Below are positions 8,908 to 17,580 of a DNA stretch of 28,725 nucleotides, one piece after another. A program made the position numbers and the translations under genes. The stretch spans positions 1 to 28,725 of the IMG/VR virus record IMGVR_UViG_3300032237_000457; one strand, 5' to 3'. The stretch comes from a virus. Taxonomy: Duplodnaviria > Caudoviricetes. The notes beneath the pieces were generated by a model, which saw nothing but the letters and a program-made list of their open reading frames with translations, had not been told where the DNA came from and made no database searches. The first letter of the stretch is position 1; each line of letters starts with the position of its first letter.

Positions 8908-9342
8908 TTATGGTGTTGTGTAAGATCCTCCAACTGCTGAAACATACCATCCTCCACCTGCTACTTGTTGTGTTGCTACTGTAGCTTGTATTTTATAGTT
9001 GGCCTGTAGAGCGGCGTTTATTGGTAATTCGTATACTGCTTGAGCAGCAGTACTAGATAATGTTGTTGCAGGTAATGTAATTTCATCAAATAATATTACA
9101 TTTGATCCACTAAGAGTTCCTGCTGTTGCATTACCAATGAATATACGAGCAGCGGTTGCTGTTGTAGATCCTGATGCTTTAAAACGTATTCTTTGTACAA
9201 AGCTACCTGATGCGCTTGCTGTAAATACTACTACAGATCCGGTTCCCGTAGCTTCAAAGCTTGGGTTTGCGTTTACTAGTGCTGTTGATGCCCATTGTAT
9301 ATCGCCTACGCCTGAATAAATTGGTGATGTGTTTAATGCCAT
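8908..9342 (-). CDS. Putative tail-fibre tip adaptor protein (beta-rich)
   Basis: 144 aa MALNTSPIY...LFDEITLPATT...GGSY, between a fibre gene and the Gly-rich genes. Confidence 0.6.
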   Translation of the reverse strand: MALNTSPIYSGVGDIQWASTALVNANPSFEATGTGSVVVFTASASGSFVQRIRFKASGSTTATAARIFIGNATAGTLSGSNVILFDEITLPATTLSSTAAQAVYELPINAALQANYKIQATVATQQVAGGGWYVSAVGGSYTTP

Positions 9343-9354
9343 TGTTTATATATT

Positions 9355-10317
9355 TTAAAATAAATTTGAATATCCTATTGCTATTGCTACTACTTTACCT
9401 TGTGAAATACCACCACTACCACCCCCTGCGTTTAAAGCAAATGATGCTGTTGTAGCAAATGATGAGGTACCTTCTAAAGATCCAGTTATACCTGCTGTAA
9501 CTCTTAAAGACCCTGTTATTATAGTATTTCCGTTTACATCTAATACCGCATTAAAAGTAGTTTTATTTATTGCTACGTTTCCTCCACTACCTTGTAATGA
9601 TAAATTGCCATTTCCTATACTACCTCCTGTTCTGTTCTCTATTAATCCGTATGTATTACCCGTTGTTGATCCTAATTGACTATTTAAAATTGATCCAGCA
9701 CTAGCTGCAGCGTAATCATCTGTTACTAGACTTACTCTACCAGATGATGGTCTAACAGTTAATGATCCTGATATTACTACGTCTTGGTTTAAACGACTAA
9801 CAGAACTAGCAGTAAATGCTGTAGTTGCACTAGCTGCTAATGTAGCAAATGATGCACTTACTGCTTGTAATACATATGAAGCGGTTTGTGCATATGAAGC
9901 ACTTAAAGCAGGATTATTACTATTATGGACAGCCCCTGATACATAAGAAGCGGTTTGTGCTGTTACTACATAAGAAGCGGTGTTGGATGTTTGTGCTAAT
10001 GTAGCAAATGATGCTGTTCCAAGTAATGATCCTGTTATACTACCTGTTACTACTAAACTACCAGATATACTAACTGTCTTATTATTATCTATATTAAAAA
10101 CAGTTATACTACCTGTTGATACTGTAAATAGATTTGGTGAGAATGTGTCTGATATTTTAAATATTTCACTTGTGCTACTTGATACTGATAGTAGTGTCCC
10201 CGTGCCACCTTTAATTTGTAACGGAATACCAGATGATGCAGATACTGTTAATGATCCACTTATAGTGGTATTATTTTGAGATATTAATCCATTCTTTGCT
10301 ACAAATTCATTTGCCAT
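9355..10317 (-). CDS. Tail fibre protein
   Basis: MANEFVAKNGLIS start, ISGSL.V and TASY/F repeats, GNVAINKT...LDVNG fibre repeat, short hydrophobic C-terminus GKVVAIAIG. Confidence 0.75.
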   Translation of the reverse strand: MANEFVAKNGLISQNNTTISGSLTVSASSGIPLQIKGGTGTLLSVSSSTSEIFKISDTFSPNLFTVSTGSITVFNIDNNKTVSISGSLVVTGSITGSLLGTASFATLAQTSNTASYVVTAQTASYVSGAVHNSNNPALSASYAQTASYVLQAVSASFATLAASATTAFTASSVSRLNQDVVISGSLTVRPSSGRVSLVTDDYAAASAGSILNSQLGSTTGNTYGLIENRTGGSIGNGNLSLQGSGGNVAINKTTFNAVLDVNGNTIITGSLRVTAGITGSLEGTSSFATTASFALNAGGGSGGISQGKVVAIAIGYSNLF

Positions 10318-10329
10318 AGTTGCTTAATT

Positions 10330-10626
10330 TTAATTACAACCTGCACTACTTGTTATAGTACCTGCTGTTAGTATATAATAACCTCCTCCTGGGTTTAGTG
10401 GATCGCTTATTGCGGTGTAGGATGTTGGAATTGTAAGTGAAATATCATCATATATGGCTGTACCTATATCTACATTTGGGGTTAATGCATAAACGGTTGC
10501 GGGAAATGAATCGCTACATACCCCACCATTAGTATATACATTAAAGGCGTATGATTGTTTTGCACTATCTACTGTAATACGAGTGCTTATTGTAATAGTA
10601 CCTTGATTTCCTATTTGTATTGCCAT
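10330..10626 (-). CDS. Small beta-rich virion/fibre-associated protein
   Basis: 98 aa, Thr/Gly-rich with two Cys, embedded in the fibre cluster. Confidence 0.6.
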   Translation of the reverse strand: MAIQIGNQGTITISTRITVDSAKQSYAFNVYTNGGVCSDSFPATVYALTPNVDIGTAIYDDISLTIPTSYTAISDPLNPGGGYYILTAGTITSSAGCN

Positions 10627-10631
10627 GTTTA

Positions 10632-10655
10632 ATTAGTTTTCACTATCCAACTAAT
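10632..10655 (-). promoter_or_regulatory. 5'-leader stem-loop with purine-rich loop GGAUAGUGAA
   Basis: Minus strand ATTAGTT-GGATAGTGAA-AACTAAT, ending 5 nt before ATG 10626. Confidence 0.5.
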
Positions 10656-10662
10656 AGTTCTA

Positions 10663-12165
10663 TTATAAATATGTAACAAGCATCTTAACTGTCCATCCTG
10701 ATGAGGCAGCTACAGCATTTATCTGTATTTGGCTTGTTATAATCGATGATTGAAATGTTATATCTGATGTTGATCCTATATCTGTTGTTGCGTTATCATA
10801 ATATGTCGTAGTTGTACCATTCCATGCTGTTACAAATTCACCTGCTCTTGCATTTGCTCCTTTATATAAGGTGTATTTACCAAAAGCAGATGTATACGAT
10901 CCAGTAGCTTGGGCAAACAGAGGATTGGGTCCTGCTGATGTTGATGCTTTTAGGAAATAATCAGTTAGTGTTTGATCTATAATTAGCGTGTTTGCTACAG
11001 TAAAGTTTGTAGCATATGATGCTGTATCAGCAGATGTAACTGATCCTAGTAGATTTTGAGCTGTTGTAGCATATGATGCTGATGTGACAAATGAACTAGA
11101 TAAAGCATATGATGAACTTAATGCATATGAGCTACTAATAGCTATAGATGAACTATATGCCCACGATGACGTACCCTCTAATGATCCTGTAAACGAACCA
11201 CTAAATGAGCCTGTGTTATATGAGCTTGTAAATGTATTGTATGATGAGGTAAACGTATTAAATGAACTTGTTGTAACGAATGATGATGTCTGTGAATTGG
11301 TTACAAAGCTAGATGTTTGTGCATTGGTTACAAATGAGCTAGTTTGGCTGTTCTGCACAAACGATGATGTTTGGCTGTTTGTGATAAACGAACTAGTAGC
11401 AGTATTAATACTTTGAGTAAACGCATTAAACGAAGATGTAGTTACAAATGAACCTGTATTTACATTAGTTCCACCACCATTCATTGCATACGATGCTGTT
11501 AAAGCATATGATGCTGTACCTTGTAATGAGCCTGTAAATGAAGGAGCTTCTATTCCTCTAGGAGCTAATAATCTACCACTATTTTTAAATTCCCACAAAT
11601 TAAATAGCGAGCCTGACTGTGTTGTTATATACACACTATAATCGTCAACATTAACAGAAGATGATTGATTGTATGACAGTAATTCAACAAATCCACCCGG
11701 CGCTCCTGCTACAATATCAATATACCCAGGATAATTATTACCATAATAGGTCGATGTTATTTGAGATCCACTATTAAATATAATAGACCCTGTTATAGTT
11801 TGATTTCCTCTAAATGTATTTGAACCGGTTGTTGCAAATGAGCCTGTATTAATAGTTGTACCGGCATTTAGTGCGTATGATGCTGTTAAAGCAAATGATG
11901 CAGTACCAGCAAATTGTGATGTACTTGAACCCGTATAAGCATTAAATGAACTAGTAGTTACAAATGAACCAGTATTTACACTTGTTCCAGCAGCCCCTGC
12001 TGGACCCTGTGGTCCAGGACTATTAATCTGTAATATGTTAGTTACAGGTTGTGGTATAGTGATAGAATTACATTTAACGTTATCCGTTATGATAAGTTTA
12101 TTATCACTACCTACCTCAACTATGTTGTGGTTAAAATTTAATATTTGTACATTGTTACAGGACAT
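10663..12165 (-). CDS. Tail/neck fibre protein with Ser/Thr repeats
   Basis: Short collagen-like GPQGPAGAAG, many TGSF/TASY/TSSF repeats and a beta-rich C-terminal domain. Confidence 0.75.
   Translation of the reverse strand: MSCNNVQILNFNHNIVEVGSDNKLIITDNVKCNSITIPQPVTNILQINSPGPQGPAGAAGTSVNTGSFVTTSSFNAYTGSSTSQFAGTASFALTASYALNAGTTINTGSFATTGSNTFRGNQTITGSIIFNSGSQITSTYYGNNYPGYIDIVAGAPGGFVELLSYNQSSSVNVDDYSVYITTQSGSLFNLWEFKNSGRLLAPRGIEAPSFTGSLQGTASYALTASYAMNGGGTNVNTGSFVTTSSFNAFTQSINTATSSFITNSQTSSFVQNSQTSSFVTNAQTSSFVTNSQTSSFVTTSSFNTFTSSYNTFTSSYNTGSFSGSFTGSLEGTSSWAYSSSIAISSSYALSSSYALSSSFVTSASYATTAQNLLGSVTSADTASYATNFTVANTLIIDQTLTDYFLKASTSAGPNPLFAQATGSYTSAFGKYTLYKGANARAGEFVTAWNGTTTTYYDNATTDIGSTSDITFQSSIITSQIQINAVAASSGWTVKMLVTYL
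10665..10672 (-). promoter_or_regulatory. ATATTTAT putative late-promoter motif overlapping the last codons of 10663..12165
   Basis: ACA TAT TTA TAA (T-Y-L-stop) contains the motif. Confidence 0.6.
11278..11397 (-). repeat. 27-bp (9-aa) tandem repeat TSSFVTNSQ, about 4.4 units
   Basis: TSSFITNSQ TSSFVQNSQ TSSFVTNAQ TSSFVTNSQ TSSF, synonymously diverged at DNA level. Confidence 0.85.
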
Positions 12166-12166
12166 A

Positions 12167-12532
12167 TTATCGTGTTACTTCTTTATTTACAAATGCTGTA
12201 CCTTGTAACAATCTTGTTACTACACTACCTGATGTTATTTCTAAATCGTATGATGCTGAGCTAAAAGTTAATGCTGAAGATGAGGCTGCAGATATTACTA
12301 TTCCAATAGTGCCACTTACACCACCTAATGTTATACCAGTACCATCTGCTTGTAATGAGCTACTTAGTGTAAGATATGTTGTTGGATTATTATCAGCATA
12401 ATCAGATCTAATTTGCATTTTACTACTATAACCTGTTAAATTGATAGCAGCATTATTTGAGTCTTTATATGCTAAAGATAAATTTAATGTTGCTCCTTGT
12501 TCTATCAATAATGTGTATTTTCCTGCTGGCAT
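12167..12532 (-). CDS. Putative fibre-attachment Ig-like protein (BppU-N/collar-like)
   Basis: IEQGAT...INLTGY..KMQIR...YDLEITSGSVVTRLLQG...KEVTR, a pattern seen in small phage adaptor proteins preceding fibres. Confidence 0.6.
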   Translation of the reverse strand: MPAGKYTLLIEQGATLNLSLAYKDSNNAAINLTGYSSKMQIRSDYADNNPTTYLTLSSSLQADGTGITLGGVSGTIGIVISAASSSALTFSSASYDLEITSGSVVTRLLQGTAFVNKEVTR

Positions 12533-12547
12533 TGTTGTTTATTTTGT

Positions 12548-12555
12548 ATAAATAT
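12548..12555 (-). promoter_or_regulatory. ATATTTAT putative late-promoter motif
   Basis: Exact copy 15 nt upstream of ATG 12532. Confidence 0.7.
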
Positions 12556-12593
12556 TATTCTAATTCTTCTATTGATAAGTTTAATACATTTAG

Positions 12594-13454
12594 TTATTTA
12601 TATATTCTAATATCAAGTGTAGTATTTTTAAATAAAGTATCTGCTGGGGCTCCTGCTTTACTTGTAGAATATATTATTATCTTTGTTGTATCTCTCCACT
12701 CGTATGAGCAAGCGAAATTAGAACCTATAACTTGACCTGGTGTTAAATATATTGCTGTACTATCTTCAAGAAAAATTGAAGCTGTATCATCAGCCTGAAG
12801 AGTATATTCTCCAACGCCAGTTCGTGTAAATGTAAATGTACGGGCCGTAGTATTAATTATAAATTTATTAAAAACTGGAATGGTTGGACTTGATGGTACG
12901 CCAGGGTTGTTTGAGCCACTTTGAGAGAATATATATAATAATTGAAGATATTCAGGACCATTATATGGTAGAGTATTATTTATTGTTACAGAGCCCGTTC
13001 CTATTCCACCGGTTAAAGTAATTCCTCCATTACCTGCTATTATTGATGTTACTCCACCATTTAAAGCAAAGGAGGCTGTTGTAGCAAATGAAGCAGTACC
13101 TTGTAATGAACCAGTTATACCACTTCTTCCACTACTGCTTCCTGATACTATTAGACTGCCTGTTATTATAGCATTACCCGTAAATGGAAATCCAGCTCCG
13201 CCTGCATTTAAAGCAAAGGAGGCTGTTGTAGCAAATGAGGCAGTACCTGCAAATTGAGATGTGGTTGAGCTAGTATAACTATTAAAACTAGCTATTGTTA
13301 GCAAACTACTAGTATTAACAGAACCACCACCGTTTGCCGCAAATGTAGCAAATGATGCTGTAGTAGCAAAACTAGCTGTACCAGCTAATGAGCCAGTAAA
13401 GGATCCTGATAATGATAAGGGTTGACGTAATTGTTCTGAACGAAATGTACTCAT
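12594..13454 (-). CDS. Short fibre/whisker-like virion protein
   Basis: SGSFTGSL.GTASFATTASFA repeats then a beta-rich C-terminal domain (FTRTGVGEY...LDIRIY). Confidence 0.7.
   Translation of the reverse strand: MSTFRSEQLRQPLSLSGSFTGSLAGTASFATTASFATFAANGGGSVNTSSLLTIASFNSYTSSTTSQFAGTASFATTASFALNAGGAGFPFTGNAIITGSLIVSGSSSGRSGITGSLQGTASFATTASFALNGGVTSIIAGNGGITLTGGIGTGSVTINNTLPYNGPEYLQLLYIFSQSGSNNPGVPSSPTIPVFNKFIINTTARTFTFTRTGVGEYTLQADDTASIFLEDSTAIYLTPGQVIGSNFACSYEWRDTTKIIIYSTSKAGAPADTLFKNTTLDIRIYK
13058..13248. repeat. 44-bp direct repeat with one mismatch (13058-13101 and 13205-13248)
   Basis: catttaaagcaaaggaggctgttgtagcaaatga(a/g)gcagtacct occurs twice, encoding GTASFATTASFALN. Confidence 0.85.
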
Positions 13455-13461
13455 ACTATGT

Positions 13462-13469
13462 ATAAATAT
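13462..13469 (-). promoter_or_regulatory. ATATTTAT putative late-promoter motif
   Basis: Exact copy only 7 nt upstream of ATG 13454. Confidence 0.65.
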
Positions 13470-14713
13470 TAGGCAAATTTACCTATACTTACTACTTCAT
13501 CAGTTGAGTTAAGAGAGTATCCTAATTCTGTTGTATTAACTGTTAATGTTGATGTACCGTTTCCATTATTTACAAAACTAGTTAAAGCCGCTGGTTCAAT
13601 TAATTGACCGTTCACAAAGAATATAAAGTTAGCAATAGAAGTTGTTGGTAAAGGCGATGGTGCGGTAGCCCATCCCATAGGGAAGGTTGCTGTATTAGAT
13701 GTAATTGTTCCTTGTGTTGCTAATAATTCAATATTTGAATTCATATACAATCCTGCTGCATTTGATATACCTGTATAAGTGTTAGTAACGTTTACATTGT
13801 AGGAATCAGCTACACTAACGGCGCCACCCATTGCTGCTTTAGGAGCAGCAGCTGCTACACTTAATGTATCAATGCTAGTTGCTGTTTCCATAGTAAATAC
13901 TACTTGAGATTTAGTGTAGAATTTACTTCTAGCTACAGCCATATCTTTATTAACGGTATTTGGTATTATATAGCCGTTTACTTTAATAGTAAACGTAGAT
14001 TTAGCTGCTCTGTCGGTACCTTCTTCAAGTAAAGTAGTCGTTGCAAACGAGTCAATCATAGACCTAAACTTGTAACGACGTGGATCTCCCCAATATGAGT
14101 CAGCTGCAAAATTAATTGCCTCTACTAGTTTGTTGTTTTGCTCAACAAAATCAGTAAATATAATACAATTATATGTTAATGTAAGGTAATCTGGTGTTGT
14201 TGATATATAATATTGTTCTGAGGGTACTCTATTATTAACTATATCAAAGCGATCATATGCGTTTCTAGCATTATATTTTGTACCTACTACTTGATAATTG
14301 TGTACAGTATTACCGTCTAATTTATTACCTAATGAACGATTTTTTTCTATACTTTCACGCTTAAACATTATAAGTGGTACCATTAAACGGCCACTATTAT
14401 CGCGGTAAAAGCCGTCTGCTTGTACTGATTTCCATCTTTCAGGTGATCCATATATTACAGGAACTGTTAGTTGTTTTCCGTTGTGTATTACGTTAGGTTT
14501 AATTACATTATTAAAGTAATACATTATGGAATTATCAATATCTTCTAAACCTATACTAATATCCTTCACAGTATCATCCTTCATAGAATATTCTGTACCA
14601 CGATTTTCAGAAAATACTGTTTGACTATCGGGTTTTGGTTCAAGATAAGGAGTAATCTGCCCTTGAACTACTTCTACGGGATTTTGTGGTATAGGTTTTA
14701 GTCTATTTGGCAT
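13469..14713 (-). CDS. gp15: Tail terminator / sheath stabiliser (T4 gp15-like) with extra C-terminal domain
   Basis: VPVIYGSPERW, VPLIMFKR, PDYLTLTYNCIIFT..VEQ.N.LVE and F.IKVNGYI, then an Ala-rich linker and a beta-rich domain (FIFFVNGQLIE). Confidence 0.7.
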   Translation of the reverse strand: MPNRLKPIPQNPVEVVQGQITPYLEPKPDSQTVFSENRGTEYSMKDDTVKDISIGLEDIDNSIMYYFNNVIKPNVIHNGKQLTVPVIYGSPERWKSVQADGFYRDNSGRLMVPLIMFKRESIEKNRSLGNKLDGNTVHNYQVVGTKYNARNAYDRFDIVNNRVPSEQYYISTTPDYLTLTYNCIIFTDFVEQNNKLVEAINFAADSYWGDPRRYKFRSMIDSFATTTLLEEGTDRAAKSTFTIKVNGYIIPNTVNKDMAVARSKFYTKSQVVFTMETATSIDTLSVAAAAPKAAMGGAVSVADSYNVNVTNTYTGISNAAGLYMNSNIELLATQGTITSNTATFPMGWATAPSPLPTTSIANFIFFVNGQLIEPAALTSFVNNGNGTSTLTVNTTELGYSLNSTDEVVSIGKFA

Positions 14714-14716
14714 TTA

Positions 14717-15253
14717 TTATAATCTTTGCTGTGTTATGCCTAATTTTTCTGGGCGTATATAGAAGCATTCTAATATTATAGACCAAGAGCTACCAAAGCT
14801 GTCTGTATTAGATGAATATGAGTAAAGTGGATCTTTACCTACTACTAATTGGTTTTCGTTTGCATTATTTACCTCATAATAGTCATTATTCCATAAAACA
14901 ACATCACCTACTTCAGGTACTATATTATATGTAAATCCTCTTCCATCTGCTGGTTGGTCTGTGCTTAAGTCTATTCCTGCTAGATCGTCTCGTAAGAATC
15001 TAAATTTCATAGTACGAGTAACATCCATACCAAACTCATCTGTTTTAGGATCAGTATCACCTCTTTCAATTAAACAATTTAATAGTACAGGATCGTTATA
15101 TGTTTTTTTAACAGATTCACCATACATGTTTGGTAATGATTTATCTAGATTTATTTTATAATAACCAACCTTTTGCTCAATAATGTTATTGATCAATTCT
15201 CTATTTAAATGTCTAAATAGACTAATATCTCTATTTGCGCCGTATAGTGCCAT
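14717..15253 (-). CDS. gp14: Neck / head-closure protein (T4 gp14-like)
   Basis: NMYGES..K.Y..PV, EFGMD...KFRF and PEVGDVVLWNNDYYEV. Confidence 0.75.
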   Translation of the reverse strand: MALYGANRDISLFRHLNRELINNIIEQKVGYYKINLDKSLPNMYGESVKKTYNDPVLLNCLIERGDTDPKTDEFGMDVTRTMKFRFLRDDLAGIDLSTDQPADGRGFTYNIVPEVGDVVLWNNDYYEVNNANENQLVVGKDPLYSYSSNTDSFGSSWSIILECFYIRPEKLGITQQRL

Positions 15254-15591
15254 TAGTATTTGCCTATGTTTTGAGCTGTTTTATATCTTGGAATAAATTG
15301 TAATAATCCTGATATTCTATTTGTTATTAAAGCGTCTTTTTTAATTTTATCTATATCAGTTTTAGAATCAGATGTTACAATATATTTTATATGTAATAGA
15401 GAATATTCAAATCTATCTGTTGCTTTACTATCTAAAAATTCACTTTGTTCTACAGTTACAACAACAACACCCGGAAGCGCTCTAATTTGATTGTATATTT
15501 CTACTTTATTGATACCCGTAGATGTTTTAATTAATACATCTATTTTATCTAAAGCAATAGATTCTAATAATATATCTGTTAATTTGATCAT
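15253..15591 (-). CDS. Hypothetical protein, possible internal head protein with MIKLTDILLE propeptide
   Basis: 112 aa, translationally coupled on both sides (TAATG). IRALPGVVVV suggests a small alpha/beta ferredoxin-like fold. Confidence 0.65.
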   Translation of the reverse strand: MIKLTDILLESIALDKIDVLIKTSTGINKVEIYNQIRALPGVVVVTVEQSEFLDSKATDRFEYSLLHIKYIVTSDSKTDIDKIKKDALITNRISGLLQFIPRYKTAQNIGKY

Positions 15592-16760
15592 TAAAATATA
15601 TAAATTGGTAGTGCTACGTTTACTAATGTTTTTTGCATAAAATCAGATTCCATTGACTGATTTTCAAGTTGAGTTTTGCGAGATGTTACATCTAGCATCG
15701 CACGAAGTTGTTCTAATAATGCTGTCTTTTCTGCTCTAGCATCAGTTAATAAATCATCTCCATTTAATGTTACCTCAGCACCAGGAATAGGAATAGTAGC
15801 GTATTTTTTACGAACATATCCTAACATTTCTTTTACTGTTGCTAATGCGTATTGTCTAATCCATTGTTTACCAATAGAATTTATTTCACAGAAAACAGGA
15901 TTAGCATAAGGTACATTACTAACATTAGTTACTAAAGTACTTGATCCTGAATCATAATTTGGTGTAGCAGATGTTACATCATTTCTTTCATCCCGTTTAA
16001 TATAATGAAAAAATAAATGTTCATCACGACCTGGTATAGGAAATATTCTTAAATTATTATTTACTAAGTCAAAACTAAATGCTGATTTTCTAATTTGATC
16101 ATTTAACTCAATTGCTTGTAGTTTTTGAACATCAAAATAGATAGGCATTAATAAGAAATTAATACCAGGTGAAAACTGCCCAAAGCCAAATGTTTCTAAT
16201 AATGATTGAATACCAGTACCTGTACCAGCATATGGATCAAAATAACGAACAATTGCTGGTGGTGCTTCAAAAAATATTTTTTTAATTTCAATACCACTAC
16301 CTGATATACCTTGAGAAGCTGCCCATTTCTTTAAATCATAATCTTGTACACTAGCTGTCATTTCTATTGAGCCAGTATAATATGTTGTATATCCTCCCAC
16401 TCCTGCTTCAGATGCATAATTTTCAGCTATACGAATAGTTGTACCAAGATTAGGTGTAACTAATTTATTATTAAATGTTGTTGTATTAGATACTACATTA
16501 CCTTCCATTGCAAGGTAACCTTCACGTATTTTCCATTGGTAAACTTCATTACCATAAGTAGTGATGGATTCTTCTAATGCTGTGTAGAAATTTATATCTT
16601 GTAATTCTATTTCAACAATAGGATAACCTAGACGTCTAGAACACCAAGTAGCAAACAATGGTGCTTCTTGTTGAAATTCTAAATCATTATCATAAAATCC
16701 AAATGGAGTATTACCCCACACTGGACCGGGATTATTATTCCAAATTGCTATATTAGCCAT
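15591..16760 (-). CDS. gp13: Neck / head-tail adaptor protein (T4 gp13-like)
   Basis: RRLGYPIVEIELQD and WIRQYALATVKEMLG.VR.KY..IPIPG..VTLNG. Confidence 0.85.
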   Translation of the reverse strand: MANIAIWNNNPGPVWGNTPFGFYDNDLEFQQEAPLFATWCSRRLGYPIVEIELQDINFYTALEESITTYGNEVYQWKIREGYLAMEGNVVSNTTTFNNKLVTPNLGTTIRIAENYASEAGVGGYTTYYTGSIEMTASVQDYDLKKWAASQGISGSGIEIKKIFFEAPPAIVRYFDPYAGTGTGIQSLLETFGFGQFSPGINFLLMPIYFDVQKLQAIELNDQIRKSAFSFDLVNNNLRIFPIPGRDEHLFFHYIKRDERNDVTSATPNYDSGSSTLVTNVSNVPYANPVFCEINSIGKQWIRQYALATVKEMLGYVRKKYATIPIPGAEVTLNGDDLLTDARAEKTALLEQLRAMLDVTSRKTQLENQSMESDFMQKTLVNVALPIYIF

Positions 16761-16779
16761 TAATTAGTATTTAACATGT

Positions 16780-16787
16780 ATAAATAT
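16780..16787 (-). promoter_or_regulatory. ATATTTAT putative late-promoter motif
   Basis: Exact copy 19 nt upstream of ATG 16760. Confidence 0.7.
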
Positions 16788-16810
16788 ATGTATCTGTTAT
16801 TTATCTGCTG

Positions 16811-17476
16811 TTATTTTCCATTATATTCGTAGTCTAATATCCTTCCTACTAAATCAGAGCGGTGGTTGTGTTTTAATTTTATCCACTTAATTTCGGCAAT
16901 TTTTTTAGATAATTCTATAACATATTCTAAACCATTATATTGATCTTTAATATCTCTTTGTTCATTATCTCCATTAATAATGATACGGCCGTTTTTACCT
17001 AAACGTGTTAATATAGCTAACATTTCAGCTTTAGTAAGGTTTTGTGCTTCTTCTACAATAAGTACTTCATCTATTGTTTTACCACGAATAAACTGTACTG
17101 GGAGTGCTATAACTTGTTTATCATTAATCATTTGTTCAATTTTAACCTTATCATAACATTTAATTAAATTTTCCTGGAATGCTTCTAAATATGGATTAAA
17201 TTTATCATTTAAGCTGCCAGGTAAGAATCCCAAGGAATGACCTACTTCAACAGCTGCTCTCGTAACGTATATGTTTTCAAATTGTTTTTTAAAAACAAAA
17301 TCTAATGCAGTTTGAGCGGATACTAATGATTTACCACAACCTGCTCTACCTGTAATTACTACTATTTGATTATCTATGATTAATCGCTTAGCTTCTTTTT
17401 GTTCTTCATTTAGTGTAATCTGATATTTAATATCACTTTTTAATACTTTTTTTTGCTTAACTTTTTCATCTTGCAT
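16811..17476 (-). CDS. phoH: PhoH-family ATPase
   Basis: Walker A GRAGCGKS, TRAAVE..HSLGFLPG, FIRGKT, IVEEAQN, LTRLG, GD..Q.D, HRS.LV. Start moved to the second Met (17476) because the first ATG (17497) abuts the promoter motif. Confidence 0.93.
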   Translation of the reverse strand: MQDEKVKQKKVLKSDIKYQITLNEEQKEAKRLIIDNQIVVITGRAGCGKSLVSAQTALDFVFKKQFENIYVTRAAVEVGHSLGFLPGSLNDKFNPYLEAFQENLIKCYDKVKIEQMINDKQVIALPVQFIRGKTIDEVLIVEEAQNLTKAEMLAILTRLGKNGRIIINGDNEQRDIKDQYNGLEYVIELSKKIAEIKWIKLKHNHRSDLVGRILDYEYNGK

Positions 17477-17497
17477 AAGAATATATATTTGTTTCAT

Positions 17498-17505
17498 ATA
17501 AATAT
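17498..17505 (-). promoter_or_regulatory. ATATTTAT putative late-promoter motif for phoH
   Basis: Exact copy directly after the capsid terminator. Confidence 0.7.
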
Positions 17506-17506
17506 G

Positions 17507-17538
17507 AATAAAAAACCCGACCTTACGGGGTCGGGTTT
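17507..17538 (-). terminator. Intrinsic terminator after major capsid gene
   Basis: Minus strand AAACCCGACC-CCGTAA-GGTCGGGTTT followed by TTTATT. Confidence 0.9.
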
Positions 17539-17580
17539 AAAGCTATAATACTGAGACTATAGCGAGGTATTTAGATTATA

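Noticed and set aside
11278-11397. Possible CRISPR array or DGR repeat
   Set aside because: In-frame coding repeat with synonymous divergence, no spacers, no adenine-specific variation and no reverse transcriptase in the window.
17477-17497. Longer starts from the ORF track for phoH (17497) and protease (22157)
   Set aside because: The first abuts the promoter motif and the second overlaps the upstream gene, so the downstream ATGs fit better.
17542-17563. Second hairpin GCTATAGT-CTCAGT-ATTATAGC in the MCP 3' UTR
   Set aside because: Weak AT-rich stem. It may stabilise the mRNA, but there is no support beyond the pairing.
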